Shown: positions 27,331 to 39,197 of the stretch, piece after piece
Layout: the number at the start of each line of letters is the position of its first letter
Numbering within the stretch: the first letter of the stretch is position 1
Source: Balanoglossus misakiensis
Lineage: Eukaryota > Animalia > Hemichordata
Length of the DNA: 64,000 nt
Reading direction: 5' to 3'
Assembly (NCBI GenBank): GCA_040954595.2
Contig: CM082581.2
Coordinates: forward strand, 12,584,286-12,648,285
Made by a program: the position numbers and the translations under genes
The notes under the pieces: generated by a model
What the model was told of the DNA's origin: nothing
What the model saw: only the letters and a program-made list of their open reading frames with translations
The model's database searches: none

Positions 27331-30300
27331 GCTGTAAAATTTCGATATGGGTTCATTTAATTCGCAGTAATTAAGCGAATCCCGGAGGGATATGAGAGAC
27401 CATTATAGCTCTTCCTTTCGGATGAAGTACCTTTCCTCAGCAATATCTAGTTGATCCTTTGGGCGACGAAATCCGGGCTATTCGTAAAGGTCAGGTCAAA
27501 ACTATCTCCGCTCGGATTTGTTATCGATGTAAACCAAGAAAATGAAACCATCCAATCGTGCTCATTTCTAAGATAATGTAGACCTCAATGTATCGCTATT
27601 TCACCGTGACGAACCACGGTAAACATGCCTGATAGGGTTGGCAATTATAATCCGCAAGTCTCGACATTTTTATCATAATTTGATTTTTTTGGAAATCCAT
27701 GCCATGATATTCTTTTTAATAAGTAAAAAAAACTCCAGACGCCATCAAGATAAGCAGACTGTTACAAATTTCATATTTGAAAAATCTAAATCAAACACTG
27801 TGCTAACTGTATACTGTTTTATAGCTGTTTTTCTCTAAAAATTAAATTGGTGTTCCATTTCCCAGCATGCAAGTAGTCACACGTGCTTTCATAGACAGAT
27901 GTTGTCGTCGTCCACGTCACGTGACAGTCAACGATGTCACGAACTTGTTGGGGTTGTTTCAAAGTGCAATGTATAGGGCAGACAGGCACAGAGACAGACC
28001 TAGACACGTAGGAAGGCAGTCGAACGCGGTGAGAGTAAACGACATTTAGAAAGACAAACATTGATAGAAAATTGAAGCTTAAAACATAACAGATATAAAG
28101 ACAGAAATGAAGTAGACAAGCGCACTGAAGTATGTAGCCTACATATGAGGACATTTGCATGGTACATTATCACTTCAAATCAGCCAGGACACCTTTAGCT
28201 GGGAATGTGGTGTAAGTGGCAAAGACATAACGTCGGCCAAACGCCCTGCTTGTGATTCATCGCGCAATCTGCCTGAGAGGCCCGTAGGCAAACGTTGTGA
28301 TCATATACATGGGATTTTGAATATAGAGCTGCCTTTCCCATTTGTTATAATTTTTTTTGGCAATCTTTCAAGACGCATGTGATTAAATCAGACGGGTTCT
28401 GATTTCGTTATGAAATGTACGATCATCCCAAGTGAAAGATATATCAGGAACTTACTGTATCTTATTAAACACGTTGTTTAGCGTGTAAGATATCTTCCAT
28501 ATTTTTTGCTATCAACAGGAAAAATGCAAAAGCATTAGAATCAAGGAACGCTAAATTCGATTTTAATCTTCTTTTAACAAGAAGTATGATTCTCAAAGCG
28601 CTTTTCACTCAGGTGCACAAACTGATTTCCACGGGGATTCAAACATTCTTTCAGGGCATCAACAAACGATGTCTACTTGATTGGCGTGACGAGATCAGAA
28701 TTGAACACATCCAAAGTCAACGTGCCCAGTCGTGTGCTCAGAGAAAAAAAGCGCCGATTGGCAAGTTAGTTCTGTTCGGGAAAGACCCGGTCTTTAATGT
28801 GTCGTAAATATCCGCCGTTGATAGTTCGACGTATTTACGACAACGCGCCGAGATGTCAATTTCCGATACACTGGACACTCTCCGCTCTTAATATTCACTC
28901 CCTTGATTCGCCATTATTCATCAATCACGGTAAAAGTTACCGCCATTCTTCAAAACCCATAAAACAAATAATGATTCAGCTTAAGAAGATCTAAAGGAAA
29001 GCTCTTTGGCCGTGCAATTTTCAGTTGAAATTTAGTGTAACCGAGATTAGATCAGTTTGACTCGAGTAACAACTTTTGAAAGCGCTAGTTAGTACAGGAG
29101 TCAACTCCCCACACACTTTGATGTCAAATGAACCCCTTTCCACGTACGCAAAGACATCATTTTTTTCATAATGAAGACCTCTCATGACGAAAATTTGATT
29201 TCGAATTTCCTGCGCGATTCAATGGTCGATTGATGTTATTACTGCCACAAATGACATTCCCTTGAATTTGCCGGGCGTTCTCGATTTGTGTTCAGACAAA
29301 GGGAATTTATTTTATCTTCGTCTGTGATTTGTGTGCGTGTCAAATTTGAAATATCACCTTCCTCTGAAAAGAGGTATCGACCGACACTTCTCCTGATGTT
29401 GAACAAAAAATAATAGGCGGTGAAATTATTTTGGGTTCACGCGTCTAAAATAGCGATACACGTTCGGCGCGAAATATCTTCGCACTCACCGCTTCCTGAC
29501 ATGTTAAATGAGCCAATTCCCAATGAGAGAGCATCGCTTCGAGATATTTTTAATCACAAAGCAATCTGCGTATTCTTTGAATATTTCATGTTTCACCATG
29601 TTGGTTTTTGCATTCAATTTGTCGAAATCTAAAAATAAACAAAATCAGTAATCTGACTTGGCAGCCATTTTAAATTTCAAATATTGGCGAATTCGAGTCT
29701 GGCCTGGAAGTATCGATTGTGTGAGATACAATAAGATATCTTCGCTGCTCTGGTCTCATCACGTGCCATGTACTACACATGCAGAGCTGCAAGAAATAAC
29801 AAATTGGTTTCTTACTGCCCCGGGTCAATTACTGTGAAGTTTAAACCCCATTTACCCGTCATTATATATCAAACTATGTCGAAGGAGTTGTTGAAGGTGA
29901 TGAAAATTTGTGTGAAGTACGATATCGATTTTCCAGGGGTGTGTGTCATTATAATGGAGAGGTGATTACGAGTCCAAGAGTACACGTCTCTAGGGAAGTG
30001 TCCGGCCGAGAACTTCATGAACGAGGCCAAAAAACACATTAGCACTGACGGGGGACCCGCATATAGCGAATCAGTGATTTTATTAAATTCACGCCACGCA
30101 CTAAAACTGTGTCACCGACCTGAAAATTCTGCAAACAAGAATCAATGTGTATGGAAAGGCAGGGGCAATTCATTTGGTGCAATGGAATAATCCGTCTTTT
30201 CCATTGTTCTCTAAACAGACGCCAACAAACGTTTGAATGGCCTTTCCTGAAAAAATCAATAACTCTCGATCACAGCCATCCAATAAAAAGTTTTCGTTTG

Positions 30301-30449
30301 ACATTTTTGTATTATTTATTCAAAGTTAAACCCACTTGACAACAAAGCCCGAAATTAGCGTTTTTGGTTATCGACAGCGCGGCGAAACAATGAAGAATTT
30401 AAATATAGCGGTTCTCACTTTTCTCGGCCTTTCGGGTCACATGACCTAA

Positions 30450-30689
30450 CCCTGCTGTCCGAGAACTTGTTTGGAAGTTTTGTAACTTGTATATGGCTAC
30501 TTTGTTCAGAGAGTATTCGTCACTCTGAAAGCTTTTTTCGAAGCAGTTGTTCACGTTTTCTTCAGTCGGTTTTGCTGATATGCGAAAAGGTTTCGTGAAG
30601 ATCATGGTGACCACATTCGGGGACGGACTCGAAGCAGTTTTCACGTAGTTACCGTCGAGAGACAAAGAAAGAAGCCCTGCTACTTTTTG
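30450..30689 (+). other. Candidate non-coding first exon of gene A (5' boundary approximate)
   Basis: Ends at a consensus donor TTG|GTAAGT (GT at 30690). A strong acceptor lies downstream at 33405, 108 nt before the gene A ATG. The pairing of the two sites is inferred. Confidence 0.35.
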
Positions 30690-33513
30690 GTAAGTGTATT
30701 TGTTATCGAAGTTTAAATTAGTGCAAAAGTCTTTTCGAAGTTGACACTTTCCTCTGTATTTATGTAGTTCTTAAAGCAGATAAAATGCCCAAGTGCTTGG
30801 AAATCACATAGAAAGATTTGTCGGTGTGTTCCAAGATGTTATAATTCGGCATGTATTTCCATACCTATCCCTGCCGAAAAGTTTATCGATCGGAGGGGCA
30901 GCTTCTTTGTTGTTGCATCGAGACGCCATACAGAACATTTTGGCGCCCGAAAAACAAACTTTCCTTTAAAGTAAAAAATCACTTTCAATGGTGCATCTAA
31001 GTTGAAGTTGGTCTTTTTCTTATTCATTTCCACTAAAACACACTTTATAGTTTTCCCCAAGACTTGACTTTTCACAAAGAGGTAACTATGGTTGAAATCT
31101 GGATTGTATCGGAAATCAATTGCAGTGTTTGGCTTTATACATTCACCAGTCAAGAAATGTTTTAAAATTTTTAAAGACACCAACTTTACGGATAAAAACA
31201 AACCGTGTCTTAGAGCGCCAGCCACTATACGGGAAGAAATTTCTTCGGTCTGTAAATGTCTTCTCTAAACGTCTTCTTAATTTGTGGGTTTTCCCGATGG
31301 ATAGGCGCACAACTTTGACAACATGGAAATAAATCGGACTTAAAGGTCTTTAGGTGATAAACCTAGCGTCCTAAAGGGGTTTAATGGTGATTTCCTTGTC
31401 TCAGCGGCGCTGTGCATTGTACGTCAGCCTCTGTTCCGTGCCGCGTTTCATTTTATTTCGCCATATCCTGAGGAAGATTTTCAATTATAAGATTACCTAA
31501 CACTATACACGCAGGAATCACGATCGGCAACGCTAAAATTAAATCTTTTGTCTGCCATTCTGCATTTCATGTGACCTTTAAGTGACATATAAGCCCTGTG
31601 GGTTTGGCCATTACTCTGTCATGTATTAATATTAGGACTTAGGTCGTATTATAATATGACAAGTTAATCAAATAATTACTTACTCACTCATACCCGCGGG
31701 AATACATGCCGTTGATCTCGTAAAAATTAAATACAATAGTTTATCTCTGGATATTGAAATTGCAAATACTTTGAGTAAATGTAAATCTATCCCACTGATC
31801 ACAATTCTCTTCATATTAAGCCTAAATGATATATGTAGGATTTTTTTCATATTTATTACAAAATGTGTCACCAGATCAACTGGGAAATTGTGATGGTGGC
31901 CGCGGATGATCGAGTAGACGGAGGGCGAGCGATGTTCGACCTGTTTTGATTTATTCCGAGGGGAGTCTTGTTTGCCAGCCCGCGCATCGCTCAGTCGTCT
32001 GCAATTGATATTTCGAATTCTGAAATAATGAAATCAATTTTAATGGGAGCTTTATGACAATCAATCAAAAGCTAGTCAAACGCAGGAACGATGACTTATT
32101 ACTGGCCACGTTTAGGAATTGTTTGGCTTCGTTTTATCTCTGGTGGGAAACTTCAACTCTTGATTGTAAAATTACGCTCAATATATTTTTGACGTCCTAC
32201 CTGTCGAACATTTGTGGAATGGAGAAAAAAAGGATAAAGGTCATTGTTCAAGTTTACTCGAGAGCTTTAACAACGAATTAAATTACAGCGCTGTACTTAA
32301 CAGTATCAGAATTCCGTCAAGAGGCAAAAGCTCTCTCCTAATTGGTTAATAGAATGTCTCTGATATTTTTAAACCGTTTGCATATTCAGAACCGAGCAAG
32401 GTTAACGTTAATATATTCTTGAATTAAAACCGGCACCTTCCATGCATGTACATGTACATGTACGTGACCGCATTATTTCGCCCTAATTTGCATATAACTG
32501 TAGATCTAAATCGGGCAGTTGCGTGAATGGACATCGCGCCAGCGGCCTTGTTAGACTTATTAATTATGCAGGATATTCACCAGGCCCTTTTAGGCGCGGA
32601 TTAGACACCAGTCGAGTGTGCTAAATTAGAGGTCGCTTCTTGTTTGGTATTCCATCTAAATAACTTCAATTGCCAGAGCACCCCGCTCTCACACGTTATG
32701 TAAAATTCAGATGCGTTTACAAGTTCACTAGAGAGAACGGCATCCGACCGTGATTGGCCTCTTGAATCTGAATTGGAAAACGCCGCATCTGCGGGACTGC
32801 AACGCGCACGGCCGCCAGCTATTGATGATTCGGTGCGTGATAGCGCAGATACCGGGTATGCGGAGCATGTTGTCAGCAGCGGTCCGTGTTCCTTTTTACA
32901 TATGCACCACCGCAAACGTGAAAGAAAGGTCCACCTCTCTCTTGGCATTACTAATGAAAATTAAATTGGCCTGCTGCCGGGCCAGGGATAAAACACTCTT
33001 AAGTATCGCTGATGAACATTAAATCGAGCCGCTGTCGGGCAAGAGGCGGTTAACTGAGCAATATGCCGAAGTTGCAGGTGATTCCAACAACCACGGGAGT
33101 TAACCCCAGTGGCCTGTTAGAAAACTAAATTATCTATCAAGATAGGATAGCACGTCCCCCTGGTGAGAATTGTGGTAAATGGTTTATTGGTAAAATGTCA
33201 CCGGGCTGCATGGGAACAACGTTTAATAAGGCCACGGTGATTGAGCCCACAATGTATTTAATTTTTCGAAATGTAACTGACAAAAAGTATCTTACTTGTG
33301 AATTTTAACGTGTGTGTGTGTGCTTGGATTGCAATTTGAATAAATACCAAGAGTGAAGCATTGTCTATTAAACACGTTGTTTTTTCTTTCGTTGTTACTC
33401 TCCAGGGCTGAACTGCGCGCAGATTGTGAACACTGTACCGACTTGGAAACTGTCTTGGAACGAGGCTGGTACTAACATTTCTCCTGAAGTCTAATAACTA
33501 CGGAGGGAATACA

Positions 33514-34504
33514 ATGGCACAGCCCCAGGTGGAGAAAGCAGTTCGTATCGACCCTCAAAAGGATGAGGTTTCAGAGTTTGTGGAATCTCTCCCCAAGAAG
33601 AAACCCGCTTACGCTGTGATCGATTTGCTTGAAACAGTGACAATTAATTCGAAAGACTTCGGGCCGAAGGAAAAGTTCGTTCGTTTCACTGAAGACGAAC
33701 TTTGGGAGAGACTTCGGGACGGCTATGAGGCAAGGAGAAGCGCCTCACAGTTGTCCACCCGCAAAATGGCGAGGCACAGTTCTGAAGGGGCCAATCCGCG
33801 ACCTGGGAAAAGTGCGAGGGGTCCTCGCATGCGCTCTAAGAGTGTCGATGCAAGTTTTGACAGTCATTTCAACCAGGGGGCGTTGCTGGGTAATTTTGAC
33901 AACAGTCAGTTGGCAATAAGTGGCCTGAGCACCTCGTTCGTCCGACCGAAATTAATGAAAAGTAAAGGCTTTTGCGTCAACCCTGAATCTCCAGACCAAC
34001 AACACACTCAGCAGTCTGCGAAAGAAGACAAACTCCATCTCAACTTCACCAACGCATGCGCGGCTCCACCCAAGCAAAAACTCTTGCAGCGAAGAAGCCG
34101 AAGCTACAACGACTTTAAAACTTTGAAAGACTCCTTCCAGAAAGAGGGTGCGGAACCGTTGGCCCTTCTCTCCGGGGCTCAGGTGTGCAAAATGCCGTAC
34201 GTTTACGAATCGAGCAAACACCAGAACACGCGACCGATAAGGTCTGATTCAGATGCAGAATCAGTAAAATTGTCACGGATCGAATATCCAGCGGATGACT
34301 TTCCAGACGTGGGCAAGCAAAAAGAACTAATGACGAAATCCACATACGGCGCGAGAGGGCGCCATAAGCACGACCAGTCGGTAGTGTACGATGGGACTGA
34401 GATTACTCACACACACAGGCTTGGTTCGTCAGCGTCGGAGGATGACGTTCAGTTACCAAAACTATCTTCTTCGTCGAAAGTAGCCATTGGACCTTTTGAA
34501 CCAG
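33514..34504 (+). CDS. Gene A, coding exon 1: uncharacterised Ser/Lys/Arg-rich, probably disordered protein (488 aa in total); putative PP1 interactor
   Basis: Long ORF with ACAATGG start context. Upstream acceptor tttttctttcgttgttactctccag at 33405; donor CAG|GTACAT at 34505 (phase 1). Contains KFVRF (33673-33687). Confidence 0.85.
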
Positions 34505-34657
34505 GTACATTCTACGTTACTTTCTTGCCTTATGCGAAAATCTACTTTTCGATGTAGTTTAAGACATCAGCGCAATACGATTGGTCGAGAGAAGAATTGT
34601 TGCGTTACGTATTTCATCTTCAAGGCAAAGCAACTTAATTTGTTATCTTTCTCTCAG

Positions 34658-35133
34658 TTTCAGATACATTTGACTATAATGGCAGTCGCGACTTTCCCAA
34701 GGGGATCATTTCTTCGAAGTCGAAGACACAACAAACCAACAAACCCAAAAAACGTGTGACACTATTTGTACCCGAAGACGATTCCGTCTTCTTACCCGAA
34801 AATTATCCTCGAAACACCCGACAAACCCGATCTGCGAATGCGAAGTTGCCCGAAGTTGATCAGCCACCCGGGAAAGGTGGCCTCTTTGACAGACTGCTAA
34901 ACGACTCCGGGATTGATACGGAAATGGACAACTGCGCAGAAGCAGAGGAAGTTTGCAATTTAAGCGACGAAAACGAGGCTAAGGAAGTTCTCAAGGCGAA
35001 TGGCCGCCATAGTGTGAAAGAGGGATCACAAAATCGAATCATGGACTGGCTCTCAGGTCTTGACGAGTCTTCCCAGCAGTACATGAGGAAACAAATGGCA
35101 GTTTTACCGGAAATCGAAGTTAACGAAGATTGA
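34658..35133 (+). CDS. Gene A, coding exon 2
   Basis: Acceptor tgttatctttctctcag ends at 34657. The phase-1 join gives ...GPFEP-V-SDTFDYNGSRDFPKGIISSKSKTQQTNKPKKRVTLFVPEDD..., continuous with ORF 34756-35133. 991+476 nt = 489 codons. An AT-rich 3'UTR follows, with ATTAAA at 35321. Confidence 0.85.
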
Positions 35134-35544
35134 GGTGAAAAGGCATACATGCATCGTAAGATAATGTTTGTAATTTTAGTTCATAGGTTATGAAATGTCA
35201 ACTAAGAAGTTAATATTGATTAATGTAATTAGAAAAATGAAGGCTTTGTAATAACTTTAAATTGAATGATTTTTACTGATATATATATTACCGACTGTAT
35301 ATAGCGTTACGTTTTTAATCATTAAATTATATTGGTTCATTTGTATAGGTCTTCGATTTCAGTGATTTATACAGCTGCTATCTGCTGACCGCCAGTAATA
35401 ATGTCATTTATAATAATTCCGTTTGTAGACTGACATTCTGACAGCTTTAAGATATTGTGGCCTCGATTTTAAGTCGTTTTAATGGAGATGCAAGCGAATT
35501 TAACTGAGTAATCCTGATTATTACAGAGACTGGCCTTCGCACGC

Positions 35545-35578
35545 GTAAACAATGACGTCAGTTGCCATGAACCACCTG
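35545..35578 (+). promoter_or_regulatory. Candidate composite cis-element: Fox site, CRE, X-box-like site and E-box
   Basis: GTAAACA (35545), TGACGTCA (35553), GTTGCCATGAAC (35561) and CACCTG abut each other, upstream of gene B. Confidence 0.4.
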
Positions 35579-37549
35579 CAAATTGAATGAATGAGCGATG
35601 GTGTCAACAGATGTGGCCCTCACCGACCGGCGGACTCGTGCTCTTGCGTCAGTGGGTCACCCACGTCTCGAAGTTGGGCAAATAGTCACCCACTGCTGTC
35701 GGGCACGCAGACCAATATCCGTGCTGTGATGTATGGCCGTCGAACAGAGGGCAGGCACGGCAAATCTGTCGAATGACCTCTGAACGACAGAACCATTTGT
35801 AATCGTTTCTTGATCACGTTTGAAAAACAGTAATTAACCCTGGGTATACGTCATTGTTCCCCTCTTTGATGACCAATTACTTCGAAATCCAAGGTGACTG
35901 TCGGTGGAAAGTGAGATAAATTACCCTTCCAACGCTTATATATGAAACGCGCCCCTCATGATGATCCGTGTTCTTTCCACGTAGCAAAATTACAACTTTA
36001 GCTTAGAATGTTGAAGTCTGATTCGCCCAATGTTGTACGTGTTTTTGTAACACGTACCATGTCTCTGTACGCAATGTCAAATTGAGTCAATTGAAATAGG
36101 ATTCAATTTGTACCTGCTCGGATATCATTTTCCCGTAAACGTAAACACAAACCGACGTTGTTAGAGTATTTCGTTTCTATTTGTACCGGAAGGAGTTGAA
36201 CAAAGCGCATGCGCGCACCACGGTCATACAGTGATATTCAATGCTGTTGCTAGGTTTTAACCGACGCTAATAAGTCGAGTACTTAATAGCCGTAATTCAA
36301 TCTGTACAATATATCAATAATTATTATATTAATGTACAATTTTCTTACGTTCCACCAATGCGTTAGGACGGTTTTAGAACAGATAATTTTGATTAAAAGG
36401 TATTGGTGACCTGTGTATGAAGTGAGGGGGAAGGCGAGCGAATCAGTGACTACAATAATGGCGCTGGGTGATCGGTTGCCAATTAAAACAGAAAAGTGAA
36501 ATATTATCCCCTTCTTTCCACTGTTTTGCCCGAAAAGGGAACCGCGAGTCGATGGCAACGCCAGGTCGTCAGGTGTTCGGTTCATTCAGGTCGACTCTCT
36601 CTGGCGCACTTGGACTGTCCAGAAATTTGGAATAATCTCGGGGTCTATTGCGTATTGGTCGGGTAGTGTTAGTTTTCACTATTTGAGAAGACTTGTCGTC
36701 CGAACGAGAGCAGTCGGTGGACGTTATATAGGTGTTTAGTTGTGTGTGTATCGAAGGACGGAACTGCACGACGCCGCCACCTTGCAATGATATGATCTGT
36801 TTGACTGTGCATAAAACGCATCGACACAGCCAGTGAGAGGGAAAATCTGATATCTCGATTTGATCTCGAGCTGTCTTCTTCGAATGCCACGGGAATATTC
36901 TGGACTCGCTGTTTGGATACACGAAAAATCTGCAGTGTCAAGTCTGGTGACCCCAAGCCAGTAACCGTGTCAGGTTTGGAAAGTGTGGTTTTACCTATTG
37001 AACACGGACATTGAAATGCTCATATCGCGATTTGAAAGACGAACTGCAGACTAAATACCGCATCAGCGGCGTCGTCGTTCAGTAAGCCGTCACGGGTGCA
37101 ACATTTAATGGGAAAATCTCAAGTCGCCTCTCAAAACGTAAATATCATTCGGGATTCTTGATTTGTTTTAAATGAATCTTGACAGTTACAATCTGTCGCC
37201 ATGGTAGCAGATAAACAAACCGAATAATCATTGGCGAATATTTCATAACACAAACGCAGTTCATATCCTTTCGTACATATTTTTAATTTTTAGATGACTG
37301 AATTTGTGTCATGGGTGTTTAGTTAATAGTTAATTAACCATTTCTGTGACATTTCCATTATATTTGAAATTAGTATCCGTGGCGGTGGGGACAATTTAAT
37401 ACTAATTCTGACAAAACTGTCTAGAGTAGAAAGATCAACACAAATCTCTTAGGCTTGCATTCTGTCTTGTGTTGCTGACAGTGAAACGTTGAATATTATT
37501 CGCCCGTTCCTACTTTGCCCGGGCTGCTCAGTGCAACACGTTTACCAAA

Positions 37550-38503
37550 ATGATGAGTCGACGTGGATCGCGAGAAACTCCAACCCCGCCATGGTCGCCG
37601 CACTCGTCGAACTCGGGAGCGCCCGTGTGGAACAGAAGACCGTCTCGATCGTCGACACCGACCAACAAGCTGGCCGGCTTCAACGGCAGGCGTTCGGTGC
37701 CGGCAAAGCATCGATGGAGGTCGCTAATGAGGAAAATACCCGCGACTTGGAAATATGGCAACAAAGGCGCCGAGAACAGAGACCGTCTGCCGTCGCTGAC
37801 GGGGTCGCCGAAGTCGAAACGGCGGTTTCATTCGATGTTCGAGCCGGTCAGGCAAGAGGCGAAAGACGTTGTGTTGGACGTGAGGTCGTTCAGTCCGCTG
37901 CACAGGCCGCGGGACCGGAGCGAGGCCAGGACGCAGTCGCCCCGGAAACGAGTCGAATTTGCCGAGCCGACCTACTTGAGCATCCAGTCGTCGTCGCTGT
38001 CGTTTCCGTTCACGGTGCCGTCGTTCCACACCCGCCGCAACACCGGCGTGTTCTCCCCGTACAAGCCCACGCAACCCATGCGGCGGTGGACGCCCCTGCA
38101 TCTACCGCAAAAAGTCGAAAAACAGATCGGGGAGTCGAAGGAGGCGCTCAGCAGAATCTCGCTGCTCAAATGGAAAGACATACGTGACGCGAATCTGGCG
38201 GCTGAATGCGGGGAGTTAGCGGAGAGACAGAACGTCCCGGACAAACTGAAAATTTCACAAGAGCTTCGAAAGGTCATTGAAGATGACTACGCGTCGATCG
38301 CCAACAGAATGTTGAAACTGCACATCTTTAGAGCCGATGGCGAAGTTGGGCAGCTGTATACGAAACACTTAGAACAGTTTGATGACGAGGGCCTCGACAA
38401 GGAGGAACGCATCATTGAATGGATCTCGGATGTCAATCAAATCGAGCCGAGTGCCATGGTACCCGTTATCAGGACGGATCCTATTTACAACGTGAACCAG
38501 TAA
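37550..38503 (+). CDS. Gene B: uncharacterised Arg/Ser/Pro-rich protein (317 aa) with a helical-looking C-terminal third; putative PP1 interactor
   Basis: GC-rich ORF with CAAAATGA start. Upstream acceptor ends at 37481 (candidate donor CA|GTAAGC at 37082). Motifs RKRVEF (37943-37960), RRGS, RRPS, RRNT, RRWT and C-terminal DKEERIIEWI. AATAAA at 38748. Confidence 0.85.
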   Translation: MMSRRGSRETPTPPWSPHSSNSGAPVWNRRPSRSSTPTNKLAGFNGRRSVPAKHRWRSLMRKIPATWKYGNKGAENRDRLPSLTGSPKSKRRFHSMFEPVRQEAKDVVLDVRSFSPLHRPRDRSEARTQSPRKRVEFAEPTYLSIQSSSLSFPFTVPSFHTRRNTGVFSPYKPTQPMRRWTPLHLPQKVEKQIGESKEALSRISLLKWKDIRDANLAAECGELAERQNVPDKLKISQELRKVIEDDYASIANRMLKLHIFRADGEVGQLYTKHLEQFDDEGLDKEERIIEWISDVNQIEPSAMVPVIRTDPIYNVNQ

Positions 38504-39168
38504 GAAATATTACAAAGACAAATGAACCTGATCCGTCCAATGATGATTTCAAATTTCAAACGGGCGAAGCCGCCATTTTGTTAGGTTGGATTTTTTTGTT
38601 TCGTGTGTATTTCGCACGATTTTTGTTGTCATGCCAACGCTATAAACATTCTTCTCTAAGGTGAATCAACTCAGATGACAGAGCATTCTCATCAAATGTC
38701 AAACTGTTACGCAATTTCACGAGAAATAATTATTCTTACACGATAGCAATAAAAAGACATCTGTAAAGTGTGTTGTGCTTTCGAGAACAGTGATGTATTC
38801 GTTTTGTGGGACCAAAGTTGGCCATACGGAAATAAATAATACTGTCAAGGTATCATGTGTACCTGCCGTTGCCTTAAATAGCGCCACCAACAAGACATGT
38901 GGTGGCACCTTCGTTTCACGCCTCTGAGTATTACAAAGTACCAGTAGTATTCGATATCGGTGGTTTTCGTCGTTGTCGGTTAAATTGTCATTGAGTGCTA
39001 ACGTGAAAAATTTGCACCGAAAGTAAAGCCGAAATTCCGCATGGTACGAAATCCACCCCTCCCTTAACGACGAAATTTCGTTTACCACGCGCGTGGTTTA
39101 ATTATCCACGGCTCTTATGTTGGTTACGGCACAGACATGACCTGTGTTTATACTGTCCTTTCAGGTTT

Positions 39169-39197
39169 TCTCGCGAGACTAACCCTTTCTCGCGAGA
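39169..39197. promoter_or_regulatory. Tandem pair of TCTCGCGAGA palindromes (BANP/'CGCG element'-type motif)
   Basis: Perfect copies at 39169-39178 and 39188-39197. Confidence 0.4.

Noticed and set aside
30839-31225. 128-aa minus-strand ORF
   Set aside because: AT-rich, GTG start, no recognisable domain, and it lies in the inferred 5' intron of gene A.
37489-38187. 232-aa alternative-frame ORF over gene B, and antisense ORFs over the GPCR and genes A-C
   Set aside because: Mostly non-ATG starts and no motifs; these are expected shadows of GC-rich coding sequence.
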